Shown: piece after piece, positions 14,201 through 29,200 of the stretch
How the letters are laid out: every line of letters begins with the position of its first letter
Numbering within the stretch: position 1 is the stretch's first letter
From: Antedon mediterranea
Taxonomy: Eukaryota; Animalia; Echinodermata
NCBI RefSeq assembly: GCF_964355755.1
Contig: NC_092672.1
Coordinates: 19,915,237-19,979,236, forward strand
Length of the DNA: 64,000 nt
Direction: 5' to 3'
Position numbers and translations under genes: made by a program
The notes under the pieces: generated by a model
Told to the model about the DNA's origin: nothing
What the model saw: the letters and a program-made list of their open reading frames with translations, nothing else
Databases searched by the model: none

Positions 14201-17200
14201 AATTCAGAAAAAAGAAGGTCGGCAAAAAATTGCCGACCTTAAATTCGCCAAGGTCGGCAGTCTCGGCAGTTCTAAAAATAGAAAATTCACCAAGGCCTAA
14301 CCTCTTGCTAACCTAAGGCCTAGCTAGGCCTAGCCTCCCTAGCTATATGTTATGCAAAAAGAACTAGCAAAATTAACTAAAATATAAAAACCTAACACTA
14401 AAATTTTAAAGATAAATTCTATTTGATAATTGCTGAACATCGTGGTTCTGGAGCTAGCCGTACACAGAGCATAGCCTGGTTGCTTGCTTGGCATAACAGG
14501 GTATTCCCCTACACACAGGTCTGTCGCACAGCGCTGTGCCCAGCCAGCTTGATAGGAAAGCAAGCAGCTCACACACAACATGATGTAATGGTTGAGTGAA
14601 TCCAGGGATCATCTTAATTCCATGGTTTGTTAACTAAACACAACATGGTGGTGAATATGCCTGTTAAAATTTCAATGATACGATCCCTTAAAGTACCATG
14701 TTGTTGCTAGGAGGAGGCTTGAAAGGAGGGATCTAGCCTAGTTTCAAGGTCGGCAATCTCTTGCCGTCCTCTGACAATTTAAGGTCGGCAATAAGGTCGG
14801 CAATTGCCGATTGCCGACGTGAAATTCGTGGGCTGCCTATTATTAATCAATAATTAAAATACGAATACGCCAGGCGCCACGCGTTAAAATAATTATTATG
14901 ATATTAATAAGAATCGGTATATCTATCTACCGCAAGAATCATAATGCTGTATTTAGCGTTGCGACCCCGACTTCCCGAACAGTTTTTTCACATCCACGCG
15001 GTGGCTGCCGTCAATAAATTAACTTGTGATTGCATGTTTTGTACAGTTATAATGCGTTATATGAAATCTTTTATTTTGTACTTGAAAAATCATAAAACTA
15101 GTCAACTCATGTAATTATATAATTCATAATTAGGCCCTATATGAAGTTTATATATGAATGAAGCAACCACTTTTTAATTACAAAATAAATAGGCCCACTG
15201 GTCACGTCTAGCTGGTAGGCCTAGCCTAGTATTTACTGTTAGTGGATCCCGTTATTAGTAGGCATCTACGCTAGTTCGCCGTGGCGGAGCTATGAAATGA
15301 TCCATCGCTGTTGAGTCACCGATTACCGGCGCTCTGGGCATGCGCAATAGCGTGTCGGATTCCCTAACGGTTGGCAGTTGAGTTCCGGTGCCGGAATCCT
15401 AACCACGGCGATTAAAAAAAGCATTATAGTGAACAAAAACTATGATTGTATTGTTTTTCTTGAAAAATCAGTAGATCAGAAATATTTAAAAAACAATGAT
15501 TAAAATGAAGTTGCAACAATTTGAATATCATTTATTAGTATAGGAATGTACAAAAGCCCTAAACTCATACTTAGAGTGAGAGCTCACACATTTCATTTTA
15601 CATACAGATGCACTTGAAAATGAAAGTTACACAATGATGACACATTATCATCAAAACAAATGTAAATGTACTTTACATTAATTGTTTCTCCACTTAACTG
15701 TTTTCACATATTATCATTTATCATTTATATGGGACTGTTTTGTACTACAATTCTTTATGCTGTTATCAAAATGACTTTGTACTATACTGCAATATTTACA
15801 TTGATCTTCTGTTCTGGTAAAGTAGACCCTATCATAGAGGCTTACACTATGTATATCAAGGTCTACTCGCCCTAATTTGGCCAACATTTTCGGCAGTTAG
15901 AAATGTATTGGCCACGAAATATTAATTACATTACTCAAAATTTGCGACACCTGAATTCTGTAGTATTTGTCCATAGTATTTCAAGAACGAATTCTGCTCA
16001 TTACAATATTTTTAATTCATTTCCACGTCTGTTCATAACTTGCCTCCAAATGTTAAAGATAGTCTAGTTTTTTCCCTTTCTTCATTTATATATTCACTTA
16101 AGAAAAACTTGCCTCAAATACCTGTCTGAACTCAATGAAATGTGAAATGTTATTTTAAACTGTTTTTCTGTATTTAAGTTTATTTAATTTTTACACTTTA
16201 GGGGGTCAGATAGTCACTTGATAGTGTTTTGTTTCACTTTTTGACGATCCCGTCTACCCCCTAAAGTGCTCTGTACCTTGTGATTTTTATTATTTATAAA
16301 AGACGAAATAAATTAAATGCATAGATTATAAATAATTACAATATTGTTTATCATGTGGATGGACGATTGTGTTTATAACCCTTTGATTAACCCCACACCT
16401 CATAGGATACATACAGTACAAAACAATTACGGCCTAGACTCTGCTTCTACAGATCATTTATTCAGACTATTCAGGCCACTGGTTCCTTCTAAGCATGCAC
16501 AATACAATTGTGTCATCATCTCCAATGAATCCTTTGCTTACAAGTAATCAAAGTGGTGGTGAAGCTTGATTTGACAGGTTTCCATGTTATTTCATTGCCC
16601 CTTGCTTATTCTCAGTAATATTTATTATAGTACGTTAACACAACTTCTGTAACACAAGGCAAATTAGTGCTGGTCTATTGATACTAACACTAAGGAATCT
16701 TCTGACAGACCTAGAGCTATAGTTTATATCCATTGTTAATCTAATTTGTTTTAATTCTGAATTGTTTGACTTGGCATAACCATCTGGTATGCAAATAACC
16801 ATCTTGTATACAAACACAACAATCAAAGGCAGTGTCCTCATTATCACATTACCTGTACAAATTGTTGTACTTTATTATTAGGAATTTAAAAGAGAAATAA
16901 ATGTTACCTTTGATTTTTAAATTACAGTATAAAAAAGTTTACTAAAAATAGAGTATGACTCTGAGAATAAGAACATGATGTTTGGTATGATAATTATCTA
17001 TATTATATGAAATATAATAACCTCTATGTGCTTAATATTTTCAGTTTTTAAGAACACCTTTGTCTTATGCTGCCCAAGCTGGTCACAGCAGCACATGTAT
17101 GTGCCTGATCAATGCAGGATCAGACGTGAATATTGCAGACACGGTAAGTCATGCACACTTGTATTTAAGTGTCCCAAGTAATTGTATATAACTTTTTTTT

Positions 17201-20200
17201 CCAATTTAAAAAGTCTAGATTAATTTTTTCATAAAATCTATAAATTGGAGTAATAAAGATTTTGTCTGATTTAATGTTGTAATTATAGATACAAAATCTT
17301 CACTCATCTTAAACCTTATTCATTATTTTAATGATTTACATTAATACATATACAACAAATACCATACATTAGTTTACAATTTTTAATGACAGGTTTGCCA
17401 AATATAATTGTGGCACATTTCAACAAATTACAGCATATAATTACTGTAGATAAAACCTGTTTAAATTACATTTGGTCAAAAGAGCATTATCGTTCTAAGG
17501 AATGTGCCTTGAAGGCTTTGGTCTTTTGCTCTATCGTCCTACTATACCCCATTGCTTGTAGTATAATATCCCACTACCCGGTCTATGTTAAATATAAAGG
17601 CATCCATGTATACTAATTCATATTATAATTACCTGTTTCTAATGAAAAAATGGATAGCTACTATTTTATAACAATTTGATCAATTTTAAATTTGAGTGCT
17701 AAATAAAACTTGTCTGCTAAATCTAAAACTTAGTTTTCTTCATCTCTCTGAGATAAAACATTATTTGAATGCCTTTTTTTTTACTAGATGTATAGCACTT
17801 TTGATATGACATGACATTGCTAGGCAATACAGAGTCTTTGGAAGCCAAGGATGATTTTACAATCAAAACATGTATCAAATGATATTTATACTCTTACTGT
17901 ACATTTGTTCTATACCAATATCATAGAAAACCAATAGGATTTGGATGTTCAATTTTGATTACCTGTGTATGACCACTTATAATCCCATGAGTGAGTATAA
18001 TCTCACTCCTGCACAACTTTGGTAATAATAGTCAGATGGAGTTTTGTATTAATATTAGGAAAAATATAAATATTTTTGCACATACAGTATAGCATTTCAT
18101 TTGTATACTACTTGAGCTTAGATACTCCATCTGGGCACACACGTACAAGTCACATGGAATTCTTGGTGCATCCAGTTCACTAGTTTCAGCTGCATGAGAT
18201 TGGCTACTCACTCGTACAAAGTTTTAATATTCATATTTCAGAATTTCAAAGATTCAACAACTAAGATGATGCGCATGCACTATGTTATGATTAGACGGGA
18301 GACACACGCATGTACTTTGGTACATTATTGCGAAGTGATGACGACAATTTTATATGCCTAGTAGTCTGGTAAACATTTGATGGGATTTTTCCCAAGAACA
18401 TAAAATGGTTCATTATTATGTGAAGATAATTTGATTTAATTCCCACCCACCCAGACCATGAAGGTATGCCTAGACCTTGCCCTGTGTGGCGTAGCTCTGT
18501 GCCCGTGGCATGTACCTTATTGGCGTTTTATTTGGCAGGTCATACGTACGAGTAAAACATGTCCTACTATAACAATTTGTCATGATCCATTTAAAATTTG
18601 AGTGCTAAATAAAACTTGTCTGCTAAATCTAAAACTTAGTTTTCTTCATCTTTCTGATTTGACAGTAAAACAAATGTAATGTCATTGCAAACCCTTGTTT
18701 ATATCACCATGGTTAAGGACAGTTTTAAAGAAAACTGAATAGGCCAAATTTGTTTTGTTACGTTCCATGTCCAGGATTTGAAATTTTTATTTTTTATTTG
18801 AGAAATTACAGTTCAGTTGTGTTTACATACCTTAGAGTGCGTAATAAATGCTTTATTTTTATTTTTTTTTATTACCATTAAAATACACAATGTCTAATAG
18901 ATTAAAAAGCCATCCATCTCAAAATTTGATTATAAAGGAAATGTGAAACTAATTATTACATTTTGTTTTTATTTATTTTATCTTTCATATGTTATTACTC
19001 TATGATTTATATATACTACAGCTTGTGTATCTGTCAGTGTTCTTTCTTCTTTTTTTAATTAAAAAATGCCCTTTTGCAGCAATGTCAAATGATCAAAGCT
19101 AAACATAATTGTCAAAAATAATAATTATTCTTAATTACAAACTGTCTTATTTACAAATGGGGTCATCACTAAGTTTGTTTACACTTGATATACTTACTTT
19201 CTGCAATGTAAATTATAATATTTAAAGTACTATGTTATTTCAAAATTACATGGAACAATAAAGTTATTGATTAATCATTAATACTCCTCACACTTTTTTT
19301 AAATTTTATTAATCAAATACTGTACTTTAATAATATTGATAATGTGCCAAATTGTTAAGTTAAATTGAGATTTGCTATTTTCTTAAAAACAAAAAACCAA
19401 TATATTCTATAGGCTAAATCTTATATAATTTATTTTAAATTGTATTTTTAAGTGTATATGGTCATTATTACAGTTATGATCATACTTCAGTTGAAAATAA
19501 TTTCCATTAAACAATTCTACAAGAGAAGGAGCACAATACATGCAATGGCTTTCTTTAACTTACCAGTATTTTTAGTTAATTCATTGCAATTATATCCTGC
19601 ATTAATATCATTGCAATTATTATACTACTATATAATTTGTATTCAAGCAAATTATGTAGTTAGACAGGGGTAATAATGTCAGCTGCATTACATCAAATCA
19701 AGAAATTTTAATACAATTACACTGCTAGAAACAATGGTCAATCCAATTGTGGTCCCAATATGTCCTTCATAAAGAATGGGAAAATAATAATAATAATGGA
19801 TAAATAAATGACAAATATTGTTTATTATTATTATAACTTTAAAATCATAGCACATGGGCAGTACTCACCAATTTTCATATTTGTTGCTCATACCAAAATG
19901 TAAAACCACTAATGCTAGAGAATTTATTTGTTACAGACTTATGGCAAAATCAGCATTGTATTAAACTATCACATGGAAGTTTTCAAATAATATATACTAT
20001 GGCCCTGTTTCTTCTGCCAAGAATATACACACTGTATATTATTTTATATGGTATTTTTTGTGGCAGCAGAAATGGGTCTCATAAAAAATATACTGTATAA
20101 ATATACCGTATAATCTTGATCATTATCCATATCGTTATCTCTGATATTTTATCATACTGTATATTTCTTGCACCTTTCTGCTGCGTTATGAATATACCAT

Positions 20201-23200
20201 CTACATTGTTCACCCATAACACAAGGTTTGTTGAGCATACCCTACTTAGAACAATTACTAAAACTAGATGGTACGCTCGCTTCGCTCGCGTACCATCTAG
20301 GTCGTGCCCACAGATGGTTCTCGAATACATAATAATTTTAGCGTTAAAAAACTGGCGATTTCAAATGTACGTACCGCAGGACAAATACATGTCGTTTACA
20401 GGAACGAATAAATAGACAATGTGATTTATGTACTCAACTAAAAATAGCACCCTGGGAACTACTTCCGAAAGAGAAACTGGTCACAAAATGAGACCAATTG
20501 TTTAAGTCAAATTTAAACAAACTTAATTTGTGTTTTGTATGTACCATTAGGGTTGAGGGATGGGGAAGAGGATGGGTGGAAAGAAAGAGGAACAATTTTT
20601 AAATATATTCTTTATCTATTTAGTAACGAAATATTAATTGTTTTCATGTTTTACAAATAATATACCACTAAACACAGTAAAACATTGCGATGTAATACTT
20701 TGTTGAAACTATACCGTCCAAGTCGATTGAAATAGTACAGTACATGTAACGATGTAACATCACTACGACGTGTATATGTTTATATAATGTAAAACAATTT
20801 GTGAAAACCACCTCTATTCGGGGAAAATCATAAATTCGATTTGATCGTCAATAAATATTAAATTATCTAACTCAACTTAATTAGTAGGCCTAATGGTTTT
20901 CAATTGTTTCTTAGAGCCAATTCATACTTAAGTTGGTTCCTACCCTACCCACCAAAGTTGTTCTGCGTTTAGGGCATGTGATGTACCGTAGGCCTATCGT
21001 CTACTGTTTTACAACGCTACTCATGCCAGTGAGGGAAGGGTGATGATGTGGGTGGTTTAATTGCAATAATAAAGATTTGTACATAATATACAGCGAGTGA
21101 AAACTCTAGCTCATTATCCGTTTAAAAAAAATGTATATCCAACCACTGCAGCACAGATTGAAAAAAAAATGGATCGAATTTCTGTTATGAGTATACAGTA
21201 CTTGCCTTTACGACGCCTGAGGGAATAGACGCTTGTGGAACAGAGATTGGAATGTTCCATTCTTCGCAAATCAATACATTTGTATAAACGTATATTAAAT
21301 CTATCAAAATAGTATTTTTTTAAGAAAATCGGCCTGTCTTCAACATTATGATGCTGTACTCGAGCTGTTCAACCGGTTTTCAGCCATTAAAAACAATTAT
21401 CGTAGGAGGAGATAGGAAAATGCGAAGCATCTTCGTATTATTGTCTGCGGGTATTTTTCAAGACGGACATCCATTAGACAGTGTATACCACGATCGAAAA
21501 ACACCCCTATTTGGGGCAAATCGTTGAACCTAAATTCGTTTTAATCGTCAATAACTAATTATCGAACTCTTTTTATTTAGTAAACAGGGTTACATCAGGC
21601 GGTTAAAATCAGTACCGAAAGTACGAACCAACTTTATATACCATCGAGTAAACATTCTAGAAATAACGCGTGATTTACCGAATTTTGCCCTTACGTAAAT
21701 TTATATATAGATGTCACAGTGGACTGAAAATCTTAAGATATTTGCTCTATTTAAATGTGATAGAACCGAGGTTTCAGGGTAATAGGAGATGTGGGGTTTG
21801 GTTGTCGTCAAAACAAGTGAACAGTAAGCAGTACAAAACAGCAATGGACAATGACTGAAAGTTAGGTAGACACGGGGTTATCCGGTCCCATATGGGATTT
21901 TACGGGATCGAACCATAGCTCTATTCCTCAATCCATATAATCCCACAAAGTAGTTTTCAAAGGAAACGGGTCACCGAATTATAATTCTAATATATTATTA
22001 CGTTATGTTTATGCTGTACATATTGTAGCAGAAACAGGGCCTATCTTACATTAATGGCTCATTGGGATGACTAAAGGTTGGTATTAATAGTAATACCTAA
22101 GGGTAGACTCACAACGTTAGGTTTGTTATCCAACACAAGGTAATCCTCTCTTGCTAGGGTTCCTATTAACGCAAATGGCGAGGCGTAACAGCTTCCTAAC
22201 GGTAATCTGCAGCTTAGTTCACATACAAAAGTATGTACACTGCTTACATAACGCCACCGTGAGTCTGAACATACCCTAAGACACTGAACAGTACTATGTT
22301 TAAAAATAAAGGTGATTAATCAAAGGCTGATAACTCCTCCACATAAAACTCCTAGAAAGTAGGAAGCCTTTTGTCCTCTTCCCTGACTGACTGAGCATAT
22401 GATCTCTCTATTAATAATTTATATTGTAAACCTTATTATGTAAACAGAAATATCAATGAAAATTCTTCTAAACTAAAAAGTTTTTAAAGATATGCTACAT
22501 TATTAGCAATTTACACCTAAATCCAGCCCTCAGTCTTAACCCTTTTCCAACATGCAATTTGTTTTTTGAGGATATTCACTACATTATTAGCAAATTACCC
22601 CCTAAATCCACCCTTTTCCAACATGGCTGTTGAAAAAGTGTGTCATCCATTGGAATAGTTTTATTGCCAGTATTGTATGTCTGTGGATTTTCCATCTGAA
22701 TTGACATAGCAGCAATCAATCATTGTGCCACTTATGAATTTCATGTGTGAGAGCATTTCCGGCCATCTAGAGGTGTCATTTAACAAAATTTGCTTTAAAT
22801 CTCACTCCCTTTTCAGATCCTGGACATTTGGGCAATCCCCTTACGGTAGTCCTGCTACCGCCCCTGTAAATAATTCTAAGCATGTGAAACAAAATACTGA
22901 TTATTGATTATTTGAAAGTGGATAATTTAAAAACATAAAATATGTTGGTATCACATGGATGACACACACACAGAGTGATATATCACTTTGTTAGTTTTTC
23001 TGTCTTGTGCTGCTATCTGTATCGTGGTATTCAAGCTTTAAAGTTTAAAAAAATTAAGATAAAATGAGTTGAATATTTATTATTGAAATGAGTAATTATT
23101 ATTCAATTACATAATAAAAAATTAGTTTTGATAGCTGAATTCAATTAGCTTGGTGTTTATGAACATTACTATTACTACATTAATACATAACTTGCTTGCT

Positions 23201-26200
23201 CATCTTGATTGTGCTAAATACTTATGCTAGGGTTTTATTTCTAGATTTTTCGTCCTCTTTTAATTCTATACAATCAAGTATTTTAATGAAATCAGTAAAA
23301 CAGCTTAAAGAATAATAGGAACTAAAGAGAACACTAAAGATATTGTTAAAAGTGCAATAAGTAAAAAGTAATTATATCTGATGAGTATCACCCTTCCTCA
23401 CCATTATCTTGTCTTTAGTAAGTTAGGGCGTTTAATATTGTTGGTGTTCCACTTTAGTGCTTGTTGACAATTAGGCTTAAATATAGTTGTTACTGTGTGC
23501 AAAACAATATCAGTTTTTTGTGGCAACAGTGTACAGTTATATGCTCTAATTTAAAATATAATCTTTAATGTGTATTATTATCAATACATAATGCTATACA
23601 TTATGTTTTTTCACGCTATGGTCATAAATTTCCATTTGAAACACTTTTTAAAACATTGAAAACAATAGTGCCTTCACCATTTTATTAAATTAATATTTTT
23701 TTAAACAGTATTTAATCAATAGTATGTTATTTTGTAGGGTTTTAATAAAGTTACTGTAATTACTTCCGTAGAAAAAAAATGGTGTTTTCACTTATAAAAT
23801 GACAAATAAATGGTTAAATTCAACAAAAACCCATTGGCTGGCAGCCAATTTGAACATTTTTTCTTTAAATTATTTATTTTGAAATTTTTTTTTCAGGGGC
23901 CATTGCATTTTTAACAAAAAAAACTTCAAAAACAAAAAAAATTTCACAAAGCTTCAATTGTTCTTACATGATTTTGTATTTTAAAAGCGCAATTTTTTAA
24001 ACAAGTCACTTAAATGCCCTATGATCCCTGTGTATTATAATGATCAAAGATGCTAGTTGTACTGAATATTTTAGTAATGACATGTTTTATTCATCATTTT
24101 TAGTAATGCATTTTGCCATACACTCTTTTATTGTCAACACACTACCAACTCCGTCCACCACCTCCTCATCATTAAATAGTGAAGAGCAATGATATTAAAG
24201 GATGTAACATAGACCCATATTAGACCCATTTTTAGTTTGTAATTATTTTTTCCCTAATACATTACAAGGGCCTATACATTTTATATTACACAGTGCCCTC
24301 ACTCATCATTTATTTTACTTAAATTCTGTTTATATTGTTAGCACTTTCAGTACCAGTGTACTGTTCAATAAAAACCCAAAAATCTGTACAAAATTTTATT
24401 TAATTTAATTTTTTTAGACCTTTTTTACAAAACAACTTTATTGAAATAGCATTTAAATAAAAAAAAAAACTATTACCAGCATTAAACTAGATGATGATTT
24501 CATTTAATTTTTTGGTCTATTTCAGTATATACAAAAAAAAATGAAATTTGGGAGACCAGGGTCAACCTAAGTGAACTTAATCACTGAGACTCTAAGCTCA
24601 CTATGTCGGTCGGTAGGTCGGTCGGTAAACACTAACTCAAATTTGCACACGTGACTAAAGCCATGTATATGGCCTTGTTAATCATCTATTTAAATAATAA
24701 TAAATACAACATAGTATAAAACTGACTCCAAATAACAATGATTCAACGTTTCAAACTTTATTTGATCACCATCAGAAATAATGATAAAATGTAATCATTA
24801 TTGTTATTATTATGGAATGCTTTATTAAATAGGTAACAGCAGTGAGCACCAGTGCTTTGCACAGTCTGTAGTATAATTAAAATGATTCCATCTTCTATCA
24901 TTGTTATATTTATTCATCTTCTTCATCATTATAAGACAATAACAAAAGCAAACTCGTTTAAATATAAATCTACCCACTGTAATGTTGGTGTTGCTACAGT
25001 TTTTCATATTTTAGAACAATGACAGATTATCAATTCTTACTTTATAGCATTCATTCAAGTATAAGCAATAATGTCAACAGTATACTATTTGAAAATCACA
25101 AAATAAAAAGATCAACTTTAAAGATTTTGTAAAGCTTAATATTTGTTAACAGAATGTCAAACTTTTATTTATCCACAAAATATCAAAGATTAAAAATAAA
25201 CTTTAAAAATGTTAAAACAGTGATCGTGCCTTAAGTTGCAAAGTTCAAAAGGATGAACTAAATCACCTAATAAAAACCTTAAAAGAGGCTACGAGGATGC
25301 TTGTTTTTATTGTCATTATTGAATAAATGTTATTGAATTGAAATTAAATTGAATTGAATTCACAGCCTACACATATAATAATATACAAATAATGAATGTT
25401 TATGAGTGTAATGGTACAAATAATGGCACGAGGTCAATGATGAAAGGTTATATATCAGCGAGGCGACAGCGCAATGTTGTGTCTTGATCTAACCGGGTAC
25501 CCATTTTATACACATGGGTGGAGAGAGGCAAACGTAAGTAAAGTACCTTGCCTATTAGATACAAGCAATGCGGCGAGAGTTGGATTCGAACCTCGATCTC
25601 ATGATCAGTAGTCGAATGTCCAACACACTGCGCCACACGCCCTCACGAGGTATTATATAATATACAATAATAACAAAATATGATATTTTAATTAAGTTGA
25701 AAATGAAAAACTACAATGTGTATTCCCTTTGCGTACTGTACACCCATTTTTTATTGTTGCAAAGTTTCAAAATGACGCAATGAACTTTACTGCGTCCATT
25801 GGATTGAATGTTAAATCGACCAAATATAAGTCCTGATAATGAACAGAACAGAGTATGCTCAGTATATTGAATAGAACAGAGTCTACTCAGTATAATGAAC
25901 AGAACAGAGTATGCTCAGTATAATGTGCATAAGCATGCGCAGATTAATATTTTGTGTAGATTACCGTATCCTTTCATCTACCGTCCACCTTCGTCTACCG
26001 TCCTGTCATAAAGTCGCTAGTAGGTTTTATTGTAAATTCAGTGAAATCAAATTTTAACAGCACAACACATGCAACAGCTATACTAAATAGTAGTACTAAT
26101 TATTGTCAGTATTTTCATTTCTATTGTAAATAAATAGTCAACAGATACCTCTTAGAATCAGGCTTCTGAGTCATGTCAGGCATACATTCTACTCATTCAC

Positions 26201-29200
26201 TCTTTATCAAAATTTGGGATTTTTAAAATGCCTTTCTTAATTTCCATCATATATATTCATTTATGACTGACAATTTTATTCTTATAGGTTCATTCTACTG
26301 TAAAACAATAATAGTCTCTTTTTCATTACATTCAGCCTCTTACATTAACATTCAAATTAATTCAGAATAAATACATTTGGATGATGAAGCCTAAAAAAAT
26401 ACAGAATAACTAAAATACAAATAAATTTTGATTTTCATTATACATTACTTATTATACTCCATTTTATAGGTATAAAACATACAGTGCTATAGTTAATAGT
26501 CAAACAGAAATAAAACTTTGTTTAATTTGGTTGCCAGCGCAATGTAGTCGCTACGCAAGTGAGTTGACCAATAACAAGCAACAGTTCGTATAATCCATCA
26601 CATCGTGATTGGTCAATTTGCTTGATTTAATTTACACAAAAATTGGATAGACTACAGACAAATGGACAGACTAAATGTTGGGACAAACAAACTTATTACA
26701 TGCAATTATTACTCAGTAATTTGATTTACAATTGTAGATAATATATTGATATTCATTTGTAGCTATACACTAGGCTTCATTATCTTAAGATTATTAGAGT
26801 ATGCGTAACAGCAGTTGATCATACGCACTGTTTATATTTTGTGTGGTGTAGTAGGTACAGGGGTAGTCCTATGCTACAGCAGTATATCATAATTACTGTT
26901 TATATTTTATGTGGTGTAGTAGGTACAGGGGTACGGTAGTCCTATGCTACAGCAGTATGATCATAATCACTATAGGGCTGGAAGTCATTCAAATATATAG
27001 GGTTGTAATTGTATTAAACTACTGTGGAGTAGGGAATAGGGCAAAACATCTGACCAATTATTAATTCTCTATTAAATAAATGTCATGAAAACTATAGCGC
27101 TTAGATTGCTTAGTGCTTGAAGTTGCTTGTTGGTATGACAACTACAACTAATGCAGACCCTGCAATGTATCTGTCTCAGAATATCCTTGTTTAATCAATC
27201 TTTTTAAAACTTTTTTAATCATTACATTAGTAATGCTAATTTTAATACACTATTATAATATTATTGAATGCATTTCATGCATTTCTCATTTGTTTCATGC
27301 TGCACAATTTTGATGTGTCAGGCATGTTTCTGATGGTAATGGTATCTTGGACGTTGTGTGAATGGATAAAAGGCAAACAACTTTGGGGAATACATTTTTG
27401 TTTATACTGATGTTGTCACAACATTTTGTAGTTTTTCTGATTTCAGGATATGTTATTTGTAAAGTAATGGCATAAAATTTTAACTGAATTCAAATTGAAT
27501 CAAATATTAAACTTCTTCTTCTACTAAAATGTAGAGTAGACATTACTCTATACATTGATATAAAGAATTAAATGTTTGAACAAGAAAAACTGTACTTATT
27601 GTTATTTTTGATCATACCCTACCTAAAATTGTTTAATAATCTAGAGCTCAGTGTTTTGTTAACTTGTGTTCTACATATTCATAGCTATAAACATGTGCAT
27701 AATGATACATAAATGAATCAGAGTATAGGCCTACCTATCATATATTATATATATATATGTGAGAATTTTATATAAATCATACTTTAAATTATAGAAACAG
27801 TGCTCATATTCGGAACATGATCTCATAATCGCGTCGAGCATAGCTCATTGGCGAAAGTTCCATACTTTTTAGTTGTATGAAATAATGTGTCTGGCGGGAT
27901 TCGAACATGCAACCTCTCTCTTACAGGGCGAGTATCATACCACTAGACCACAGAGTCATATATGGTATTTTCACAGATTTTCACCCACCAGATACATTCT
28001 CTCAATCTCATACAACAAATGATATGGACATGTTCATTATTTAAAGATGTATTGTCCCCCTGAACAAATTTTTTACATTTTTTTGTTGATTATGCCATTT
28101 TAATATCATATAATAGTTATCCACTTTGACCAAAACTTGGATTGGAAAAAAAATTATTTACCTGAAAAAACTGTAATTGAAAGCAAAGTCAAATTGCCTG
28201 CCATACCAATGGATTTTTGGTTTGGTGTCGTTTTAGTGAAACATGATTTTTTCTTCGTTTTTTTTCTACGCAATTGATTAACTTGATTAAAACTACAAAT
28301 AACCTATGAAAGTCTGATGTAATTAATCTTCATTTTTCATGTTTTTGGGGGACAATACATCTTTAAAAAAACATAACCCTAATGTCCTTGTTCTACATGG
28401 AACCCCCGCAGTTTAAACGCGGACAAAACACACAGAAGAATAGCTTCTCTTTGTTGAGCTATACTTGCTCACTTTATTTCTTTCCATCCGTTCATCCGGT
28501 AAACTAAAATAAAAACAAACAGAGAAACAATTTGACACGGCGCCATGAAGCACGTCTCTAATGTATACTACGGCTTATCATACATAATTCGTCGTTAACA
28601 TGGGCATACTATCATCATTATGTCTATCAAACCTAACTAATTCATAAGTAAATAATAATATAAGATTGTCTCCACACGGAGCATTAAAGGTGTACAACAA
28701 CGTTAATACAACGTATCGCCTATTGTGCACAGCTCTCATACCATGAACAGTGACTACAAGACAACAAACCGTGACTAGCCTAATTTACATATCAAGGTAT
28801 CAAGGTGCGATGTACATACATAACATGACTCCCTGCAAAGATAAATTATGAAACTGACAGTATCATCACTTTTGCTTTGCATACACAACAATAGTGGCTC
28901 CTTGACGGGGAATTGATTACAATAATACTAACTACTGACATTCAATGATTGAGGTTTCTCCTTCATCTAATGTTCAAGCAGTATTGTTATAATTTTTTTT
29001 TATTGAGAATTGTCCTATAATTTCACACATAAATTAATTATTCCCTCAGATTTGGAATCAAAATAAAATGTACATTGACTTAGTAATGTATTTAATAATT
29101 GCCCTGATTTAATGCACAACTATTAATTTAGATTGTATACTAACTTTTTCTTTTATCCAAATGTACATGAAAAACATAAGCACTCATTTTGAGGACTTGT

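Noticed and set aside
22029-22139. Possible extra 111-nt ankyrin exon (tgtag...AAG|gtaatc)
   Set aside because: The phase-0 frame has stop codons and no ankyrin motif
25570-27957. tRNA genes at about 25570-25646 and 27885-27957 (also 41290-41367)
   Set aside because: A and B boxes are present but I see no convincing acceptor stem, and each continues into a repeat body, so they are SINE heads
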